A DNA stretch of 32,000 nt. Source: Candidatus Methanoperedens sp. GTDB taxonomy: Archaea; Halobacteriota; Methanosarcinia; Methanosarcinales; Methanoperedenaceae. The stretch is taken from the NCBI GenBank assembly GCA_027460535.1, contig JAPZAR010000035.1:1-32000 (forward strand), in the 5' to 3' direction. The translations under genes and the position numbers were made by a program. Under the pieces are notes generated by a model. That model saw nothing but the letters and a program-made list of their open reading frames with translations, had not been told where the DNA came from and did not search any database. Positions 27,112 to 32,000 of this stretch are shown in pieces (position 1 is the stretch's first letter; the number at the start of each line of letters is the position of its first letter).

Positions 27112-28005
27112 ATGGAGCTTGAAAACCTAAGACACGGGACGGAACTAATTAAAAGAGGATTTGCGGGAATGCAAAAAGGCGGGGTGATAATGGATGTCAC
27201 CAACCCCCAGGAAGCCAGGATAGCAGAGATGGCTGGAGCAGTGGCGGTGATGGCGCTCCATGCGGTCCCCGCGGATATCAGGAAAGCCGGCGGGGTTGCG
27301 AGAATGGCAGACCCGCAGGTCATATCAGAGATAATCGAGTCGGTCACCATACCTGTGATGGCCAAGGCGAGAATAGGTCATTTTGTGGAGGCTGAGATCC
27401 TTGAAGCCCTCGGTGTCGACATGGTGGATGAGTCAGAAGTGCTCACGCCCGCTGATGAGGCGTTCCATATAGACAAGATAAGGTTCACGATACCTTTCGT
27501 ATGCGGCGCCCGCGACCTTGGCGAAGCACTTCGGCGGATAAACGAAGGTGCTGCCATGATCAGGACAAAGGGTGAAGCGGGAACCGGCGATGTGAAAGAG
27601 GCAGTGAAGCATATGCGGGCGATAATGGGCATGATCCGGGAACTCAAAGGCAAGAGCTCAGGGGAACTCACTGTCGTGGCACGGAAAATAGAAGCCCCGA
27701 TCGAGCTTGTGAAAGAGACCGCAGAATTGCAGAGGCTTCCCGTAGTGAACTTTGCGGCCGGAGGCATAGCCACACCCGCGGATGCGGCATTGATGATGCG
27801 TCTGGGTGCGGATGGCGTTTTTGTGGGTTCCGGGATATTCAAATCCGAAAATCCCGAGAAGATGGCAAAGGCTATCGTAGAAGCGGTGAACAATTATGAT
27901 AATCCAGCCGTTCTTGCACAGATATCAAAGGGGGTCGGCGGGGCTATGAAAGGGATCGATATCAGGAGCCTGACAGAAAAGGAAGTGCTGCAGGCCAGAG
28001 GATAG
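27112..28005 (+). CDS. pdxS: Pyridoxal 5'-phosphate synthase, lyase subunit
   Basis: [14 protein letters not shown]...[28 protein letters not shown]...[10 protein letters not shown]...RTKGEAGTG...[32 protein letters not shown] is near-canonical PdxS. The start at MELENL... (27112) matches the normal N-terminal length. The track start at 27064 adds 16 aa. Confidence 0.92.
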   Translation: MELENLRHGTELIKRGFAGMQKGGVIMDVTNPQEARIAEMAGAVAVMALHAVPADIRKAGGVARMADPQVISEIIESVTIPVMAKARIGHFVEAEILEALGVDMVDESEVLTPADEAFHIDKIRFTIPFVCGARDLGEALRRINEGAAMIRTKGEAGTGDVKEAVKHMRAIMGMIRELKGKSSGELTVVARKIEAPIELVKETAELQRLPVVNFAAGGIATPADAALMMRLGADGVFVGSGIFKSENPEKMAKAIVEAVNNYDNPAVLAQISKGVGGAMKGIDIRSLTEKEVLQARG

Positions 28006-28347
28006 TAAAGTTTACTTTCTATATTATTCATCGCTAAGTTCTGGAGGTTCAGCCCCCAGATTTTCCGGGCGCTGGATGATGGCTGTGAGTATTCCGATAC
28101 CTTTCGTATTTTTATTTAGAATATTCTCAGGTTTGGGTGGAACATTCTAAAACTGACTTATGCTTTCCTTCGCTGCCTTAAGTTCGCCGGTGGAAGGCTC
28201 AGAGAATTGATGCAGTTACGTGAGGTCAATCAGATTATCATGGCAATTCCTTAAATCATAAAAAAATTCGATGGAAAATCTTTCAAATTTAAAGCAAAAT
28301 AACTATCAATATAGACCATACATAAAAGATTCCAAAGGAGAATTAAA

Positions 28348-28533
28348 ATGGACTGCTGTGGATCAAGTAAACCGAAAGAAAAAGATGATGATATAAAAGA
28401 AGAACAATCGGGCATTAAAAAAAATTCCGTCGAAAAAGAGCAAGCCCACGGCGGCGGTTGCTCAGGGATGTGGTTTCACCTTTTGCTAATGATTATCGTA
28501 GTTTTATTAATATCGTATTTTACGAAGAGGTAA
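28348..28533 (+). CDS. Small Cys-containing tail-anchored protein (61 aa)
   Basis: AAAGGAG lies upstream of the ATG. The N-terminus is MDCCGSS, followed by an acidic/lysine-rich linker, HGGGCSG, a single C-terminal TM helix (MWFHLLLMIIVVLLISYF) and a terminal TKR. Confidence 0.55.
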   Translation: MDCCGSSKPKEKDDDIKEEQSGIKKNSVEKEQAHGGGCSGMWFHLLLMIIVVLLISYFTKR

Positions 28534-28552
28534 GAATATAAAAAAGAAGACT

Positions 28553-28939
28553 GTGTTAATAACTGGAATTGCCGGGTTGCTGCTTGTATTCGGTGCAGTA
28601 GTCGCGCTGGCGCAGAATACGAGCGAGAAAACGAAGGATGCGGAAAATCATGAATGCACTCCGGAGATGATGAAGGATATGTCAGGAAAATGTCCGGAGC
28701 ATATGATGCAATCCGGTGCCTGCGAAAATATGATGAAAGGATCAAAAGGCGGCAGTGAAATGATGGGCGGGAAGAATCTGACAAGCGCATCAGAATCTAA
28801 AGAGACCGGCCGTTGTGGAAGTAATTCTGGCATGGGTTCGATGATGAGTTCCAAGCGCATGAAGATGAAAAATATGAAACATGGCACTCAGAACCCGCAG
28901 AGTCGGATTGATGAAAATAAGAAAGAGGAGCTTACATGA
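28553..28939 (+). CDS. Secreted Met/Cys-rich protein (putative Cu(I)- or thiophilic-metal-binding)
   Basis: Hydrophobic signal-like N-terminus (ITGIAGLLLVFGAVVALA), then CTPEMMKDM, CPEHMMQ, CENMMK, SEMMG and MGSMMSSKRMKMKNMKH. I count 15 internal Met and 4 Cys. GTG is the only canonical start. The frame is open upstream (KNIKKKT), so the true start is uncertain. Confidence 0.6.
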   Translation: MLITGIAGLLLVFGAVVALAQNTSEKTKDAENHECTPEMMKDMSGKCPEHMMQSGACENMMKGSKGGSEMMGGKNLTSASESKETGRCGSNSGMGSMMSSKRMKMKNMKHGTQNPQSRIDENKKEELT

Positions 28940-29334
28940 GAATATTAGGAACAACAATAATAACCTTATTCGTATTGATGGCAGTCGCTATCAGCGGATG
29001 CTTATCAGGAGGGGAGAAACCTCCGACTGATTTATTGGAGCCGAGGGAGAATTCAGAAGCCGGAGTACAAATAACAGCAACTTATCTTCCTGATATCACC
29101 GACGCCACGGCTTTTGAAATTAAAGTCACTGCCCATATGGACTATAACGATGATTTTAAGAATAACTCTTACCTGCGTGATTCCAGCGGCAAAATATATC
29201 AACCTCTTTCTTATGAGGGTGCAGGCGGGCACCATGCCAGCGGAACACTTCGATTTCCTAAGATCGAGAGCAGGACATTTGAACTTGTGATCAAGGATGT
29301 CGCAGGGGTAAATGAACGAGTATTTAAGTGGTAA
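28936..29334 (+). CDS. Lipoprotein of unknown function with a 'GGHH' motif
   Basis: Signal peptide plus lipobox (AISGC). The mature part VQITATYL...FEIKVTAHMDYN...LRDSSGKIYQPLSYEGAGGHHASGTLRFP...ELVIKDVAGVNERVFKW looks beta-rich. Its ATG overlaps the upstream stop (ATGA). Confidence 0.65.
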   Translation: MRILGTTIITLFVLMAVAISGCLSGGEKPPTDLLEPRENSEAGVQITATYLPDITDATAFEIKVTAHMDYNDDFKNNSYLRDSSGKIYQPLSYEGAGGHHASGTLRFPKIESRTFELVIKDVAGVNERVFKW

Positions 29335-29338
29335 GCAT

Positions 29339-29824
29339 ATGCCAGGTATCAAAAGCCTTTTAAAAAATCCGTTTGTTTTCGGAGCTGGCATAGGAATATT
29401 TGTAATACTTTTCAATATCTCTATAGCTTCCTTAGGTGAAGGTTCATTTGAGAAAGGATACCAGGTATTCCTTACTAACGGGATATTTGTATACCTTATT
29501 CCCTTAGCAGTAGGTATTCAGATGGGGCTTTTCAGATACCACAGGAATCTGACTTCTGAGAACAAATTGTGCGGCTCTGAGAAGATGGGCATGGCAGGCT
29601 CAGCTACTTCATCACTGACGATGGTTGCATGCTGCCTGCATCATGTGAGTGATTTCTTACCTTCAGTTGGTTTCATTCTCGCAACATCGTCATTCTTTAT
29701 CCAATATAAAGACACCATAATAATCATCGGGCTCCTTGCCAATATAGCTGGAAGCGCCTACATTGCAAGAGCAATCCTAAAGGATAAATCGATTATTGCG
29801 GGAGCGAAAAAATCAACGGTCTAA
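29339..29824 (+). CDS. Four-TM membrane protein with an 'ACCLHH' motif
   Basis: The ATG at 29339 is 4 nt after the upstream stop. The hydrophobic segments include ...SATSSLTMVACCLHHVSDFLPSVGF..., which places Cys-Cys-x-His-His in a predicted TM helix. Confidence 0.6.
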   Translation: MPGIKSLLKNPFVFGAGIGIFVILFNISIASLGEGSFEKGYQVFLTNGIFVYLIPLAVGIQMGLFRYHRNLTSENKLCGSEKMGMAGSATSSLTMVACCLHHVSDFLPSVGFILATSSFFIQYKDTIIIIGLLANIAGSAYIARAILKDKSIIAGAKKSTV

Positions 29825-29867
29825 CTGGAGATTAGATGAAAAGAATTTTGGCACCTCAGGCAGTATC

Positions 29868-30671
29868 ATGACTGAAATACTCTGGATCTCACTCATACTT
29901 CTGGCTGTAGCATCAATCCTTCCGAGAGCCTATAATTCAAGGTTCATTTTTGGAGGGTTTGGCTGGGTATTCCTTTCCATATACTGGTCTTTGCAGCCGG
30001 GAACTTATATTGATATACAGGATTATGTTAATGCCTTTCTGGTAGTCGCCGCAGGAGGAGTTACCCTCTTTATAGCATATATTATGTTTAAGGCAAGGGA
30101 TACGAAAGACGGCGGCTACGACATGTTTATTTCATTATCCAGGGCTGCATCCGTAGGCGGTCTTTTGTATTTCTTGTTTGCAGAAGTAGGCTTCTTAAAT
30201 ACAAGGATAATTTCAACGGTCACTGACCAGGCAATCTGGGTAAGCGGGAAATTCGGGTTCCCAGTTGTACAGGTAGCATGGAACAAGCTTGCAGTCAACG
30301 GCATGGCAATTGAAATAATCCTTGCCTGCACTGCTATCGAGAGCATAGCCCTATTTTCAGGTATAATCTCCTCCGCAACAGGTGCACCTGCTGCACGGAA
30401 ATTCAAGGCGTTTATGATTTCAGTGCCAGTAATCTATATTCTCAATCTGCAAAGATTGGCTTTCACCGCCTCTGCTTATGGGTTTAGCTGGTTCGGAACG
30501 CCTGATGAGAGTTTCCATATTTCTGAGCATATTATCACCAAGGCAGGCTCCCTGCTGGCGCTCCTTATCATTTCATATTTGGTTCTTAAGATCCTTCCTG
30601 AGGTTTCGGATATGATAGACGGTGTAGTGAAAACCATGAGAATAGAATTCCACAGGTTGACGGTGAGATAA
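29868..30671 (+). CDS. Archaeosortase/exosortase-family membrane protein
   Basis: A polytopic protein with the family's three catalytic-type landmarks in order: Cys in IILACTAIESIALFSG (compare CSGixS), Arg in YILNLQRLAF, and His in FHISEHIITKAGS. The ATG at 29868 (MTEILWISL...) is preferred over the track's 29796. Confidence 0.65.
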   Translation: MTEILWISLILLAVASILPRAYNSRFIFGGFGWVFLSIYWSLQPGTYIDIQDYVNAFLVVAAGGVTLFIAYIMFKARDTKDGGYDMFISLSRAASVGGLLYFLFAEVGFLNTRIISTVTDQAIWVSGKFGFPVVQVAWNKLAVNGMAIEIILACTAIESIALFSGIISSATGAPAARKFKAFMISVPVIYILNLQRLAFTASAYGFSWFGTPDESFHISEHIITKAGSLLALLIISYLVLKILPEVSDMIDGVVKTMRIEFHRLTVR

Positions 30672-30673
30672 CA

Positions 30674-30967
30674 GTGAAAATAAAAGTGAATTATGATTTT
30701 TCCCAGCAGGAGGTTGTTGGCGAAACGGATGTTTTTGAAATTGCAGATGGAGCTAAACTTGGAGAACTGTTGCGGATAATCGACGCCAGGATTGTGGAAG
30801 CCGGAAAAAATAAGGGTATAGAGACCACTTATAAAACCACGTTGGCTGGCGGTCAGTTGAATGGATGTGTGGTTTTTATTAATGGTTCAGCACCGGAAAA
30901 TATGCTGGAACAATTGCTGCATGACCGTGATAACATTGAATTTGTTTATGGATTTTGTGGAGGATAA
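30674..30967 (+). CDS. MoaD/ThiS/SAMP-like beta-grasp protein ending in Gly-Gly
   Basis: 97 aa. The MKIKVNY... start, the ...VVFINGS... core and the C-terminus DNIEFVYGFCGG* parallel the MoaD/ThiS layout (...gDevaf.PPvsGG*). The GTG start is 2 nt after the archaeosortase stop. Confidence 0.6.
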   Translation: MKIKVNYDFSQQEVVGETDVFEIADGAKLGELLRIIDARIVEAGKNKGIETTYKTTLAGGQLNGCVVFINGSAPENMLEQLLHDRDNIEFVYGFCGG

Positions 30968-30969
30968 CA

Positions 30970-31809
30970 ATGAGCGGATTGATCGATTTTATATACAGGA
31001 ATTATATTGATGGGATAATCAACGATACAAGTTATAATCATTTTGACATGATCACATATATCATTATTCTTTTCGTGGGCGTATATGCTGCACTAAAATT
31101 ATTGAATAAATTGAAAATTAAAGTTGATGAGGAGTTTGTCATTGCTACAATTCCCTATATTTTCATGGGTTCAGTATTTCGGGTAATCGAGGATGCAAAT
31201 TTACTAAAGCCGCCCGTCAAATATTTTTTTATCACGCCGCTTATTTACTTCGTAATCTTTGCAATATGTTTTGGGTCTCTTCTCCTCACAAGATACCTTG
31301 AAAAGCTCAAGAAAATAAGAAATTATATTCGTGTATACGCAATTGCCGGGGTCACATTATCGTTAGTGGGAGTTGCTATCCTCGTTTATTATAGTTCTTT
31401 TAATTGGAATCTCGCTATTCTTGTATATAGTCTTGTGCCAGCTATAGGATTGACCGAATTGGTCAGAAGAATATCTCCGGCGATCGGTATGACTTATCTT
31501 CGAAGCAGGATGTATTCATTTGCAATATTTTCATTTCTGCTCGATTCGCTCACTACATATATTGGCGTAGATCTGCTGGGCTACACTAACAAACATCCTT
31601 TTAGTTCCTTCCTCACTTCCTTTTTTGGAACTGGAGCCATACTGGTTCCTCTGTCCCTGATTTTGGTACTTGTGATTGTCTTGTTGCTTGAAAAGGATTC
31701 CAAGGAAGATAAAAAACAGGATGAAAAGTATATGATGACATTGACCTTGATAGTTCTTGGTTTCTCCATGGGTGCAAGGAATTTGCTGGCAATGGTTTTC
31801 AGGGTTTAG
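30970..31809 (+). CDS. DUF63-family archaeal polytopic membrane protein
   Basis: About 280 aa with about 7 TM segments. GGAGGA lies 5 nt upstream of the ATG at 30970. The DUF63 assignment rests on size, topology and an N-terminus (LIDFIYRNYIDGI) that I recall for this archaeal family. It is unverified. Confidence 0.5.
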   Translation: MSGLIDFIYRNYIDGIINDTSYNHFDMITYIIILFVGVYAALKLLNKLKIKVDEEFVIATIPYIFMGSVFRVIEDANLLKPPVKYFFITPLIYFVIFAICFGSLLLTRYLEKLKKIRNYIRVYAIAGVTLSLVGVAILVYYSSFNWNLAILVYSLVPAIGLTELVRRISPAIGMTYLRSRMYSFAIFSFLLDSLTTYIGVDLLGYTNKHPFSSFLTSFFGTGAILVPLSLILVLVIVLLLEKDSKEDKKQDEKYMMTLTLIVLGFSMGARNLLAMVFRV

Positions 31810-31897
31810 CCGGAGGACACGGCGCGGGGCAGGCGGTGGGGGGCGGAGAGAGCGGAGTAAATGGTGATCGCTTCTTTTTTATGGTGGGAGTTCGAAG

Positions 31898-31988
31898 AAT
31901 AGAACGCGGATGACGCGGATTTAACGGATACGCACGGATAATTTTAATCCGTGTCAATCAGTGTTATCCGTGCGCTCCGTGTTCTATC
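31898..31988. repeat. Imperfect inverted-repeat region carrying 7 copies of CGGAT/ATCCG
   Basis: Direct copies: acgcggat at 31904-11 and 31913-20, acggat at 31924-29 and 31934-39. Inverted copies: atccgt at 31947-52 and 31966-71, ctccgt at 31975-80. The perfect 11-nt inverted pair is cgcacggataa (31931-41) and ttatccgtgcg (31964-74). The outer arms are aatagaacgcgga and tccgtgttctatc. Confidence 0.7.
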
Positions 31989-32000
31989 ACATCTTATATC

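Noticed and set aside
27112-28005. pdxS has no adjacent pdxT glutaminase gene
   Set aside because: pdxS and pdxT are frequently unlinked in archaea. The absence from a 32-kb window says nothing about the genome.
27488-28109. 15-nt exact repeat cgatacctttcgtat inside pdxS (27488-27502) and in the downstream spacer (28095-28109), a possible duplicated pdxS fragment
   Set aside because: The flanking sequence does not align convincingly. One chance 15-mer match is roughly expected in a 32-kb window when both strands and all pairs are considered.
31807-31860. The DUF63 gene ends in TAG and the frame stays open for 16 more codons (PEDTARGRRWGAERAE) to a TAA, suggesting possible amber read-through or pyrrolysine
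   Set aside because: TAG is used as an ordinary stop by several other genes here (nrdJ, the AIPR-like gene, the 72-aa ORF). The extension has aberrant composition. There is no evidence of Pyl machinery in the window.
1-32000. Search by eye for rRNA, tRNA, CRISPR arrays and riboswitch-like leaders in all intergenic gaps longer than 100 bp
   Set aside because: I found no cloverleaf-compatible sequence, no regularly spaced direct repeats and no conserved leader structure that I could recognise. tRNAscan-SE, Infernal and a CRISPR finder would be needed to exclude them formally.

Overview
This window reads as a chromosomal segment of a methanogen- or ANME-like euryarchaeon, probably Methanosarcinales-type. 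The support is cofC (F420 biosynthesis), Alba, an archaeosortase-family gene, and DUF63, DUF131 and DUF366 genes, with GGAGG-type ribosome-binding sites throughout. Family calls come from motifs I recognised by eye in the supplied translations; no searches were run. Recognisable housekeeping genes (class II RNR nrdJ, mtnA-like isomerase, purH, pdxS, cofC, a DEAD-box helicase, an aminotransferase with an Lrp/AsnC regulator, an APC permease, and a DtxR-regulated Znu/Tro-type metal ABC transporter) are interrupted by several AT-rich accessory islets. The most interesting regions are these. (1) A low-GC two-gene island at 21.6-23.2 kb encodes an AIPR/ParB-like 'NGGHTQ' protein overlapping an HNH_2-type nuclease, which is a candidate uncharacterised defence pair with a split-GmrSD-like logic. 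(2) A low-GC 889-aa KAP P-loop NTPase is fused to about 64 pentapeptide repeats. (3) A tight co-directional cluster of eight genes at 28.3-31.8 kb has two parts. One is a set of four small Cys/Met/His-rich envelope proteins, probably metal-handling. The other is an archaeosortase-family protein, a MoaD/ThiS-like protein ending in Gly-Gly and a DUF63 membrane protein. Also present are a DUF4258/DUF2283 toxin-antitoxin-like pair, a frameshifted IS1-like transposase remnant at the left edge, and an unexplained array of CGGAT motifs at the right edge. I found no rRNA, tRNA or CRISPR array.
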